In this document: one piece after another, positions 54,701 through 62,357 of the stretch
How positions within the stretch are numbered: position 1 is the first letter of the stretch
Layout: every line of letters begins with the position of its first letter
Source of the DNA: Bosea sp. (in: a-proteobacteria)
Lineage (GTDB): Bacteria > Pseudomonadota > Alphaproteobacteria > Rhizobiales > Beijerinckiaceae
Direction of reading: 5' to 3'
DNA length: 64,000 bases
Assembly: GCF_048595345.1 (NCBI RefSeq)
Contig: NZ_JBMDWH010000173.1
Location: 32,221 to 96,220 of the forward strand
Position numbers and translations under genes: made by a program
Notes under the pieces: generated by a model
What the model saw: the letters and a program-made list of their open reading frames with translations, nothing else
What the model was told of the DNA's origin: nothing
Databases searched by the model: none

Positions 54701-56344
54701 GTTGACCTTCACGCCATTGGCGTAATTGGCGTTGTCGATCGTGCCATCGGCGAATTTCGTCTGTTCCGTGGTGACGATGCCGTTCTTCAGTCCGCGATCC
54801 GTCGTCGACAGCCACGCCCCCGCCGCATCGTAGACCTCGACCTTCTGCCAGTTGGAACTGGTCTGGGTGATCGAGAACTGGTGTGCGCCGGCGATCTTGG
54901 CCAAGGCACCCTGATAATGATCGAGGATGTAGGAGAGCGTCGCTTTGGACGAAACCGGAATGGTCGGCCCGTCGGTGAGCGTGATCTTCTGCAATGTGGT
55001 CGATGCATCGAGCGTGGCCAGCTGCGCGACGATCTGCGCTCCGCTGCCGGTCACGATCGGCGCGGTCGTCACCGGCGTCTCAACGCGCGGACCCGGCCCG
55101 CCGATCTCCACGATCAGCGGATGATCGCTGATCGGCAGCACCACCTGCGCGACATTGTCGTAGACCGCGACGGGGCTCGAGCCCTGCAGCGGGTCATAGA
55201 CATAGACCTTCGACTGCACGGAGCCGAACTGCACGGTGACCTGGCTCGTGGGATTGGCGATGTCCTGGTCGCTGGCGTCGTTCCAGACCTTGGGCGCCGC
55301 CCAGACCACCAGATCGAACGCGCCATTGCTCTTGGCGAGCATCATCGCATCGCCGGCGGGCGGCAGCCCATTGATCTGATAGCTCGGGCCGCTCCCGCCC
55401 TGAACGCCGCCCTTGCCGTCGTCGGCAAGCACATAGGTCAGGTTGTGGATCGCCTTGGCCGCCAGCTTCGGCGTGCCGTCGAGCTCGAACAGACCGAAAT
55501 GCGCCTCCTTGTCGACCATGGCCGGATCGACGTTGCGGTCCAGCAATTCGTAGAGATAGGTCTTTTCCACCCCGCCCTTGAATGCCGTCACGACGGTGTT
55601 CAGAATTGTTTTGGCCTGGGCCGTCTCGCTCGCGCCAATCTCGGGTGTCGCGGCGCGGGTCGTATAACCCGTCTCGGTGATCACGGTCGGCGCCTGCCCC
55701 GCGCTCGGCCGCGCGACGCCCAGAGACGTCTCGAGCGCCGCCGAAACCGTCGAATTCGTACTCACATAGGAATGGGCGTTGGCATAATCCGACCACTGCG
55801 ACATGTCGCCCAGCGCGGCATAGTCGGCGGCGCTGTTATGCCCGAGCGTGAGATTATAGACCGGAATATCCTTCAGAACGGTGTCGGCCTTGACCGCCTG
55901 ATAGAAGTCGCGCTGGAACGCCCCGGCTGCCGCCATGCTCGATGAGCCATTATAACTGAAAGCCTGGATGTTGGCCTCGTTCAGGCCCTCGAGCGCGATG
56001 ACGCTGCCTGGGTTCGCCTTGGCGAAATCCTGGAGTGAGGCCACATAGGATTTCAGGGCCGTGCTGCCACCGCCCGGGACGCCGGAACCCACCACCAGAT
56101 CGAACTTGTAGCCTGCCTGGGCCAAGGCCGAGGCCACCGGTGCAGCTTGTGCCAACCCTGCCAGCCCATCGCGCATCGTGGTGATGCCGAGATAGTCCAT
56201 GCTTTTGCTGACCAGGGCGGAATTATCGTATCCCCGCCAGCCGAAGCCGACATGTGTATTGACGGCAATCGAGCCGACGAACTGACCGGCAGATAACACC
56301 GGAGTATTCGAAGAAGAGAGTGCCATGTCGTTCCGATATCCCAT
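51800..56344 (-). CDS. giant secreted glycanase-like protein: GH-A-like catalytic domain, ~163-aa tandem modules and an RTX/T1SS-type C-terminus
   Basis: 1514 aa with no signal peptide. The N-terminal ~330 aa carry LEGLNEAN and VITETGY. Modules of about 163 aa begin YGIKGQSYVTETQKTDASGKVYEV. The C-terminus has GGAGNDVVQ and a terminal ADFLFV. The start may be 56326. Confidence 0.85.
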   Translation of the reverse strand: MGYRNDMALSSSNTPVLSAGQFVGSIAVNTHVGFGWRGYDNSALVSKSMDYLGITTMRDGLAGLAQAAPVASALAQAGYKFDLVVGSGVPGGGSTALKSYVASLQDFAKANPGSVIALEGLNEANIQAFSYNGSSSMAAAGAFQRDFYQAVKADTVLKDIPVYNLTLGHNSAADYAALGDMSQWSDYANAHSYVSTNSTVSAALETSLGVARPSAGQAPTVITETGYTTRAATPEIGASETAQAKTILNTVVTAFKGGVEKTYLYELLDRNVDPAMVDKEAHFGLFELDGTPKLAAKAIHNLTYVLADDGKGGVQGGSGPSYQINGLPPAGDAMMLAKSNGAFDLVVWAAPKVWNDASDQDIANPTSQVTVQFGSVQSKVYVYDPLQGSSPVAVYDNVAQVVLPISDHPLIVEIGGPGPRVETPVTTAPIVTGSGAQIVAQLATLDASTTLQKITLTDGPTIPVSSKATLSYILDHYQGALAKIAGAHQFSITQTSSNWQKVEVYDAAGAWLSTTDRGLKNGIVTTEQTKFADGTIDNANYANGVKVNEQIKHLDGSKESYVYGVKGLDYATEHSSFDAAGKLTAFERLRADGTKSFSEVQSGGHKVATWYDAAGLPKTVNDWAPDGSFSSKIYVQGVQTRLFFTNADKSGYNTSYGIKGQSYVTETQKTDASGKVYEVIRSHADGSPDYRALTKADGTKITTVYDATGHKLNTVTVATNGDRSTDFFNPANGALTRQVLQNKAGDFTTKEYAVGVLTTATTAHADKSKDTLWYDAKGLVTKSFHLEANGYAETKLYEAGALTRLFVTNPDKSGSSTSYGIKGQSYVAETQKTDASGKVYEVIRSHVDGTLDYRALTQADGTKITTVYDATGHKLNTVTVAANGDRSTDFFNPANGALTRQVLQNKAGDFTTKEYAAGVLTTVTVAHADKSNDIAWYDAKGIATKTVHQEANGLVETKLYAGGVLTRLSITYADKSGSNTSYGIKGQSYVTEMQKTDASGKVYEVIRSHADGTPDYHAVTKADGAKITTVYDATGHKLNTVTVAANGDRSTDVFNPANGLLTQQVLQNQAGDFTTKTYAGGILTTVTVAHADMSSDVTAYDAKGLVTKATHQEANGFIETKIYEAGVQTRLFVTNPDKSGYTTSYGIKGQSYVTETQKIDAAGKVYEVIRAHADGSPDYHFALAPDGSKITTVFDAAGHKLNSVLVESDGDRQTEIFDPASGLLTRQILQTAGGETTTRDYVGGTHTTTLVNHADKTTDMSWYDASGLMTKATHQEPNGYFETKLYVGGVQNRLFVTNADKSGYTTSYGIQGQSYVTETQKTDPSGKVYEVIRSHADGTFDYHWTLGGDGTRTTTNFDAAGNRTMETIVNPDASKDVFKFALADQPGASRHEIYDIGGKLTSIDVTNADGSHTLYAQTGGVTLAGGAGNDVVQMFGQGTFVFTGGHDAITNFHADETLANHDVIKVSTSMASGFEALHVSSVGADTLVAFNDHDSILLKGIAAAQLSSADFLFV
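52092..54665. repeat. in-frame 489-bp tandem repeat array (4 full units at 52424..54379 plus degenerate flanking partial units)
   Basis: The unit-start codon (Y of YGIKGQ) recurs at 54379, 53890, 53401, 52912 and 52423, an exact 489-nt period. Long stretches are near-identical at the DNA level. Confidence 0.9.
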
Positions 56345-56439
56345 GGGATGCGGAAGACGATATACACAGCAACCCGACAGAGGAGCCTTAAGTCGTCAGG
56401 TCGCATTTGAACGATCAGCGTTTTGTCGAAAATTAACCT

Positions 56440-57255
56440 TCAGCGCAGGAAGACGGGTAGCGCTGGATCGACCAGGCAACGATGCTCCACATGGGCGCGC
56501 AGATTTGTGATCTGCCAGGCGATCGCCAGCTTCCGCGCCCGGTTGAGGGGGCAGATCGTCTCCAGCAGCGCTTCGCGCCTCGCGGCTGGAGCTCTGACGA
56601 TCACGCCGGCCACCGCACCGTCCAGCCCCGCTTGGAGAAGATCGGCGAAATCGGTCCGGGCGGCATCTCGCAAGTCCTGAGGCAGACCGTTCCAGGCTGT
56701 GAGCACCGCTGGGAGGCGCAGCATCTGCAGCCACGCCTCGTGCGGCCCGTTGCGATAGGCCGCTCTCAGCGCGGCGAGGGCGCTCGGGCCGAGTCCCTCC
56801 TGGCGAATGGCGACGACATAAAGCGCGAGCCATGCCAGCGCGTCGGTCGGGCTGCACCGCAAGCGCATCCGTGCCGCATCGCGAAGGCCGGAAAGAGCCT
56901 CGTCGGAGACACGCCCACCGGCGAGATGGAGCCGATCGAACAGCGCGAATTCGATCAGCAGCTTGCTGTTTCCCTCCTCGCCGAGGCAGATGTGCTGGTC
57001 TTCCTCCGCAGCCATGGCATGCAGCGTCTCGGTATCGAACGTCTGCCCGAGCCGAACCGCCTGCGCCATGCCCAGCAGCCCCGGCGCTGGGATGTGCCTC
57101 AGAGTGAGCACAGCCCAGCCGAGCGCTGCGAACGCCAGAACCCAGCACGTCATGCGAAAGGCAATGAAGGGTTTCTGCACCGAGCGCGCCTCGCCTCGTG
57201 GGGCAGAATTCGACTGCCCCGCAGGCGAGCGGCGGGCAGCCGATAGGCCGATCAC
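56440..57255 (-). CDS. hypothetical membrane-anchored helical protein
   Basis: 271 aa with one TM segment (MTCWVLAFAALGWAVLTL) followed by an Ala/Leu/Arg-rich helical domain. Located between the Wzc-like gene and the giant gene. No family recognised. Confidence 0.5.
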   Translation of the reverse strand: MIGLSAARRSPAGQSNSAPRGEARSVQKPFIAFRMTCWVLAFAALGWAVLTLRHIPAPGLLGMAQAVRLGQTFDTETLHAMAAEEDQHICLGEEGNSKLLIEFALFDRLHLAGGRVSDEALSGLRDAARMRLRCSPTDALAWLALYVVAIRQEGLGPSALAALRAAYRNGPHEAWLQMLRLPAVLTAWNGLPQDLRDAARTDFADLLQAGLDGAVAGVIVRAPAARREALLETICPLNRARKLAIAWQITNLRAHVEHRCLVDPALPVFLR

Positions 57256-57270
57256 TCGGCCCGGCGGACC

Positions 57271-59493
57271 TTATTTCTCGACGTAATACCGGTTGTAGTA
57301 GACGCCCTTGTAGCCCTCGATCCGGCGCAGCGCACCGCTCTCGGCCCGATTGAGCACCGCGCCCAGGATCTTGTCATACACCGCGCCTGCACCTCCGATC
57401 GACTCGACCACGGCGCTGCGGCGCGTGCGCCCCCACTCGATCACATAGACCATGCCGTCCAGCAGGTGATTGCTCGCCTTGGCATCGGTCACCGGCATGA
57501 GAGGCGCCAGATCGACGAAGACGTAGTCGTAGCTCTCGCGCAGCTTGCCCAGCAGCTCCGCCATCGCGGTCGAAGCCATGACATCGGCGGCATTGATCAT
57601 CCGCTGCGGCACCACGGCCGGCAGCACATGCAGCCCCGATGTGCCCGTTGTCTGGATGAAGCTGGCAACATCCGCGGGAGCCGCGAGCGCCTCCAGCAGC
57701 CCTGCCTTGGCATCGCTCGCGAGCGTGCGGGTCAAAGAGCAGGTGTGCAGGTCCCCATCGATGACGATCGTGCGGTGCCCCGTCATCGCGACGAGATGCC
57801 CCAGATTGGCGGTAACCGTCGTCTTTCCTTCCTTGGGCAGCGAAGACGCGATGCCGACGACCTTCATGGGCCGGCCCATCTGGGCGGCGTCGATCGACAC
57901 CTTGATGCTGCGAAGTGTCTCCGCATAGCGCGAGAATGGATTGCCGACGACGAAATCCGACATGTAGCGCCGGCTGTCCGCACCGTCATTGCCGCGCCGC
58001 TCGAGGGATGCGGCGGCAGGCACGGCAGGGAGAATTCCCAGGCACTTTATGCCGAGATTGTCCTCGACATCGCCCGGCGTACGGAAGACGTCGTTCATCA
58101 ACTCTCGGGCGAAGGCGGCTCCTGTGCCCAGAAGCAGGCCGGCGACGCTGCCGACCGCCAGCAGCAGGAGTGTCTTGGGGGAGCTCTTCCTGTCCGGCGG
58201 AACCGCGGTGGCGATGATGCGCGCATCGGTGATCGGGAAGGTCTCCTGCTGCGTCGCCTGCTGGTACTTCTCGAGGAAGTTGTTGTAGAGCGTCCGCGAG
58301 GTGTCGGCCGCGCTTTCCAGATTGCGCAGTTCGACCTGGGTCTGGCTGGAGCTGCTGGCCTGCTTCACCAGCGTGTCGAGTTGGGTCTGGACGCTCTGCT
58401 CCCGGGCCCGCGCGATTTCGTAATCGCTCTGGCTTCCGTCTCGAATGCGCCTGACTTCGTCCTGGATCGACTTGCGCAGCTCCGTCATGCGGTTCGCGAG
58501 GTTGATCGAGGCCTGATGGTTGGCTCCGAAGCGGCTCGACCAATCGGCATATTGCGCGGACAGATCGAGATACTGCGCCCGCAGACGGGTGATCACCGAA
58601 TTGTTCAGCGCCTCGCTGACCGTCGCCTGCACGACATCCTTGTCGATGACGGAATTGACACGGTCGAGTCGGGCTTTCGCCTCGGCTGTCGCGGCCTTGG
58701 CCTGCGTCAGCTGACTGTTGACGTCCGTCAGTTCCTGATCGCTCATCAGGCCGCGGCTCGTCCCGACGATGTTGTTCTGCGCCCTGAAGGTCTGGACCGC
58801 CCGGTCGGCCTGTGTCGCGGCGTCCCGCAATTCGACGCTGCGCGCCTGCAGCCACTGCCCCGCGCGCTTCGTCGATTCGTATTTGGCTTCGAGGCCGCCG
58901 AGAATATAGGCCTCGGCGATCGCATTGGCGATGCTGGCGGCCTTGGCCGGATCGAGGGCGGTATAATTGACGGAGAGCACATAGGTCGTGCCCACGCGAT
59001 CGACCTTCAGATTGCTCTGGATCGCTTCCACGACTTTCTGGACGCGCCGTTCTTCGGAGGCAGGAGCGCTGCCGCCCGAGGACAGATGGGACAGCAGCGT
59101 CGACACCAGGCCGGGCTTGGGATTGAACTCGGGGTCGGAGACAAGATTGTTGGTGCGGACGACCGACGAGATCAGGTTCTCGGACATCAGCAGTTCGACC
59201 TGGCTGTCGACCACGCCGGTATCGATGAACGCCGCGCCGACGATCTTCTGGGTTTCCAGAAGCTGATTCTGCCGCGTGTCCATCAGGATGCGGGCATTGG
59301 CCGTGAACCGAGGCGCGGCCGTCAGGACATAGGCTGCGACGATGACGACGACCGCAGCCGCCAACCCCACGATCAAGGGCCACTGGCGCCTGAAGACATC
59401 GAGGATCTGACTGGGCGTCAGAATGGCGGGAAGCCCCATCGATGAAGCCTGGCCCGTCGGCTGAAGCGGCTCGCGCGGCATGTACATCGTCAA
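57271..59493 (-). CDS. polysaccharide co-polymerase / tyrosine autokinase (PCP-2a, Wzc/ExoP/GumC-like)
   Basis: 740 aa with an N-terminal TM segment, a Wzz/coiled-coil periplasmic domain and a second TM segment. Walker A reads SSLPKEGKTTVTANLG. The tail is Tyr-rich (EGYKGVYYNRYYVEK). Confidence 0.9.
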   Translation of the reverse strand: MTMYMPREPLQPTGQASSMGLPAILTPSQILDVFRRQWPLIVGLAAAVVVIVAAYVLTAAPRFTANARILMDTRQNQLLETQKIVGAAFIDTGVVDSQVELLMSENLISSVVRTNNLVSDPEFNPKPGLVSTLLSHLSSGGSAPASEERRVQKVVEAIQSNLKVDRVGTTYVLSVNYTALDPAKAASIANAIAEAYILGGLEAKYESTKRAGQWLQARSVELRDAATQADRAVQTFRAQNNIVGTSRGLMSDQELTDVNSQLTQAKAATAEAKARLDRVNSVIDKDVVQATVSEALNNSVITRLRAQYLDLSAQYADWSSRFGANHQASINLANRMTELRKSIQDEVRRIRDGSQSDYEIARAREQSVQTQLDTLVKQASSSSQTQVELRNLESAADTSRTLYNNFLEKYQQATQQETFPITDARIIATAVPPDRKSSPKTLLLLAVGSVAGLLLGTGAAFARELMNDVFRTPGDVEDNLGIKCLGILPAVPAAASLERRGNDGADSRRYMSDFVVGNPFSRYAETLRSIKVSIDAAQMGRPMKVVGIASSLPKEGKTTVTANLGHLVAMTGHRTIVIDGDLHTCSLTRTLASDAKAGLLEALAAPADVASFIQTTGTSGLHVLPAVVPQRMINAADVMASTAMAELLGKLRESYDYVFVDLAPLMPVTDAKASNHLLDGMVYVIEWGRTRRSAVVESIGGAGAVYDKILGAVLNRAESGALRRIEGYKGVYYNRYYVEK

Positions 59494-59557
59494 GCCTCTG
59501 TCTTTCCGTGCCTCGCCAGGCCGTTTTTCGTCAGGTGTCGGATCAGGGAATCTTGGA

Positions 59558-60118
59558 TCATGGAATTTCGGGATCCGCGAACGGGTCTTTCAGCTTCTCG
59601 CCGAACTCGCCTTCGATCAAGGCTCCGCCCTGTGACGGCCTGGGGCGCGAACTGGGGGGAAGCGCAGCCCGGCCGACATCGCCTTGTGACAGGAAGCCCA
59701 CCGTCACGTTCGACTCACCCTTGCGCGCGAAGTCCGATATCGTCGATGCGGCGACCGGACGGGTGGCTGTACAGCGTGCGGCAGCGCTGGCAAGGCCCAT
59801 GCCGATGGCGCGCCGCTGCGCTGTTCCGGACGAGGCGACCAGCTGCCTTACAGCGTCCAGAAGTCCGGGATCGCTCGCGACGAAACTCGAAATCAGTCCG
59901 CTGATCTTCTCGGGGTCATTGCGAATATCGGCCAGAAATCCGCCGGGCGCCTGCTTGAAGCGATCGAGTTCGGAGCGGGCGGTGCGGTCGCCGACCGGGA
60001 GGCAACTGGCCTCGGCCGCCACGTCCTGCGGCATCAGCGCAGCAAGGGGGAAGGCAGCCAGGCAGAGCGCGATCCGGAACGTCGTGTTCGGCACAGGGTC
60101 TTTCTCATTGCATCGCAT
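59558..60118 (-). CDS. secreted hypothetical protein, two-Cys family (paralogue of 31957..32556)
   Basis: Hydrophobic signal-like segment FRIALCLAAFPLAAL. The conserved core runs from SC...FKQAP to RAIGMGLASAAARC. It is the first gene of the wzc operon. Confidence 0.5.
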   Translation of the reverse strand: MRCNEKDPVPNTTFRIALCLAAFPLAALMPQDVAAEASCLPVGDRTARSELDRFKQAPGGFLADIRNDPEKISGLISSFVASDPGLLDAVRQLVASSGTAQRRAIGMGLASAAARCTATRPVAASTISDFARKGESNVTVGFLSQGDVGRAALPPSSRPRPSQGGALIEGEFGEKLKDPFADPEIP

Positions 60119-60413
60119 TCATGGAGACGCTCGCGCATCTCCAGAGCGAAACTGTATGGCATAGTTATGTCGCACTGCAAAATAAACCATATGCTGCGGG
60201 CTCTGGAAGGCCCCCTGCCCCCTCGGCCGCCCCCATGCGACGCGACAATCGGCGGATGACCGGGCGGCCCCGTTCCTGCTCGGCGCCGAATTAGGCAGCG
60301 ATCAATTTTGCGCGATCAAGGCCAAGAAAAGCCATGAATACCGGCAAAGGCATACACTTCGACGGCCTTGGCATAGATGGTGAGCCGCGAGCCGGCACCG
60401 CTCCCGGTCCGCG

Positions 60414-60461
60414 CCGGCCCTCATGCGAGAGGATCAGCCGGCCCTCATGCGAGAGGATCAG
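60414..60461. repeat. perfect 24-bp tandem duplication (CCGGCCCTCATGCGAGAGGATCAG x2)
   Basis: Read directly from the sequence. It lies in the divergent intergenic region, 114 nt upstream of the priming transferase ATG. Confidence 0.95.
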
Positions 60462-60574
60462 CAGACGAAACTCGCCCGGCGGCCATTTTTGATGCGGCGC
60501 ACAATTTTGCCTGTTTCCATGATTAATCCTGTGCTAACGTGAACTCGAAGATTGAGCGGTCCGAAGAGGCGACT

Positions 60575-62026
60575 ATGCAACCTGTCGGAAACACGCTGTA
60601 TTTTGACGGCACCCAAGCGCGGCGTGCCCCTGTGTCCCTGGGGTGGGGAGCGCTCGCTCCGATCGCTTGCGCGGCCGACGCCTTCGTCTTGATGGCCTCG
60701 GCCTTTTTGGCACCCTGGATTTATGGCGCGCTGGTGCCGGGAACGGCCGATATCGGCGGCTTCATCGGATTCGGCCTCGTCTCGACCCTGACATTCGTGT
60801 CGCTGTCCTATCTCACCGGCGCCTACGAGCCGCGAAAGCCGGGACGATACGGCGTCTGGCGCAGCGCACTTCTAGCGCTTCGCCTCTGGATGGTCGCTCT
60901 CGGCTTCATGGCGCTGTGCGCCTTCATGCTGAAGATCGGCGCCGATTTCTCACGCGGAACCGTCGCGATTTACGCCGCAAGCGGCGGTATCGCCCTGATC
61001 GGTCTCCGACGCTGGTGGCCGGACGTCGTCCGACATGCGATCGCCCGCGATCTGGTCTTCGTGACGAAGGTCATCGTCTTCCGCGTCGGGGGCAGCAAGG
61101 AGCACGATTCTCTTCGCCGGCTGCAGGATCTGAACACCCGCGGCCTGCGCCCAGCCTTCGTCGAGGAACTGCCCGCGGAACCGACCGCGGAAGACATTGC
61201 CGCCGCCGTCGCCAGGGCCGAAATGCTGATGCGGCAGGGCCATATTCAGGAGATCATCGTCGCGCCGACGGATGAGACCGCCGCTAAGGTGGATCCGCTG
61301 TTCGAAGCGTTTCGGGTCATACCCGTGCCGATCCGGCTGATGCTGACCCCGCGGATCAAGGCCATTTACGACCGCAGCATGATCCGGGCCGGCGGGCTCC
61401 TCATCGCCGAGTATCAGCGCGCTCCCCTTACGGCGCTGGAGCGCGTGCAGAAGCGGGTCCTCGATCTGGTCGTCGCCAGCCTGGGCCTCCTCCTGCTGAG
61501 CCCGCTCTTCGTCGTGACCGCGATCCTCGTTCGTCTCGACACGCCGGGCCCTGTCCTCTTCCAGCAGAGGCGCCGGGGCTTCGGCGGCAAGACCTTCAAC
61601 ATTCTGAAGTTCCGGTCCATGACCGTCGCCGACAATGGCGCCTCGATCGAACAGGCCAAGAAGAACGATGCGCGCGTCACCCGCGTAGGCAAGCTGATCC
61701 GGCGCACCAGCATCGACGAACTGCCCCAGTTGCTCAACGTGCTGGCGGGGCAGATGTCGATCGTGGGCCCCCGGCCACACGCCGTCGCGCATGATGATTA
61801 TTACGCCCGCTTCATCGAATCCTATGCGTTTCGCCACCATGCCAAGCCCGGCCTGACGGGCTGGGCGCAGGTCAAGGGCTTGCGCGGGGAGACGCCGAAG
61901 ATCGAGAATATGGAGGCACGGATCGAGAAGGATCTGTGGTACATCAACAACTGGTCGATCTGGCTCGACATCTCGATCATCCTGCGCACGATGGTCGTCG
62001 TCCTCAGGCAGAAAACCGCCTACTGA
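60575..62026 (+). CDS. polyprenyl-phosphate hexose-1-phosphate transferase (WbaP/ExoY-type priming glycosyltransferase)
   Basis: GAAGAGG lies 5 nt before the ATG at 60575. The protein has N-terminal TM segments and a C-terminal Bac_transf domain (PGPVLFQQRRRGFGGKTFNILKFRSM ... DELPQLLNVLAGQMSIVGPRP). Confidence 0.9.
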   Translation: MQPVGNTLYFDGTQARRAPVSLGWGALAPIACAADAFVLMASAFLAPWIYGALVPGTADIGGFIGFGLVSTLTFVSLSYLTGAYEPRKPGRYGVWRSALLALRLWMVALGFMALCAFMLKIGADFSRGTVAIYAASGGIALIGLRRWWPDVVRHAIARDLVFVTKVIVFRVGGSKEHDSLRRLQDLNTRGLRPAFVEELPAEPTAEDIAAAVARAEMLMRQGHIQEIIVAPTDETAAKVDPLFEAFRVIPVPIRLMLTPRIKAIYDRSMIRAGGLLIAEYQRAPLTALERVQKRVLDLVVASLGLLLLSPLFVVTAILVRLDTPGPVLFQQRRRGFGGKTFNILKFRSMTVADNGASIEQAKKNDARVTRVGKLIRRTSIDELPQLLNVLAGQMSIVGPRPHAVAHDDYYARFIESYAFRHHAKPGLTGWAQVKGLRGETPKIENMEARIEKDLWYINNWSIWLDISIILRTMVVVLRQKTAY

Positions 62027-62357
62027 GCGGTTCTGGAGCGAGACATCTCAAGTTCGCGCGGCACGCTGGTTACAGAGGCGCGGGAGTGAACGACGAGGCT
62101 TGCGCTTTGCTGCCTTCAACCGTCCCCTTTGCAGAGACGAGGCTGACGACCGTGCAGTTCATTTCGTCACAAGAACACCAAGCTCCCGCGTTAAAGCCCG
62201 TCCGGTGAGACGCGATCGACCCCGGTTGCCGATGAGAGCTCTTTCTTGCTCGTCGCCTTCCGGGCCATCATAGGTTGTTTCGTTGGCGGCCCAGGCTCGC
62301 CTTCGCTGGCCAAGGGGATCTATTCTTCTCGCTCTTTGGAAGAGGATTAAGCGTTCG

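Noticed and set aside
51800-56344. Rhs/YD-repeat polymorphic toxin interpretation of the giant protein.
   Set aside because: I saw no Rhs core-terminating motif (PxxxxDPxGL), no variable C-terminal toxin and no adjacent immunity ORF. The C-terminus instead looks like an RTX/T1SS signal and the N-terminus like a glycoside hydrolase.
55350-56344. LapA-like N-terminal retention module as the target for the BTLCP peptidase at 31152..31793.
   Set aside because: The N-terminal region reads as an enzyme domain. I could not find a convincing retention-module/di-alanine cleavage context, so the link is kept only as an open question.
60423-60542. 39-codon upstream ORF that starts inside the 24-bp tandem duplication and ends at the priming transferase start region.
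   Set aside because: Third-position G/C content is only about 58 percent by hand count (22 of 38 codons), far below real genes here. There is no RBS. It is more likely non-coding regulatory DNA.
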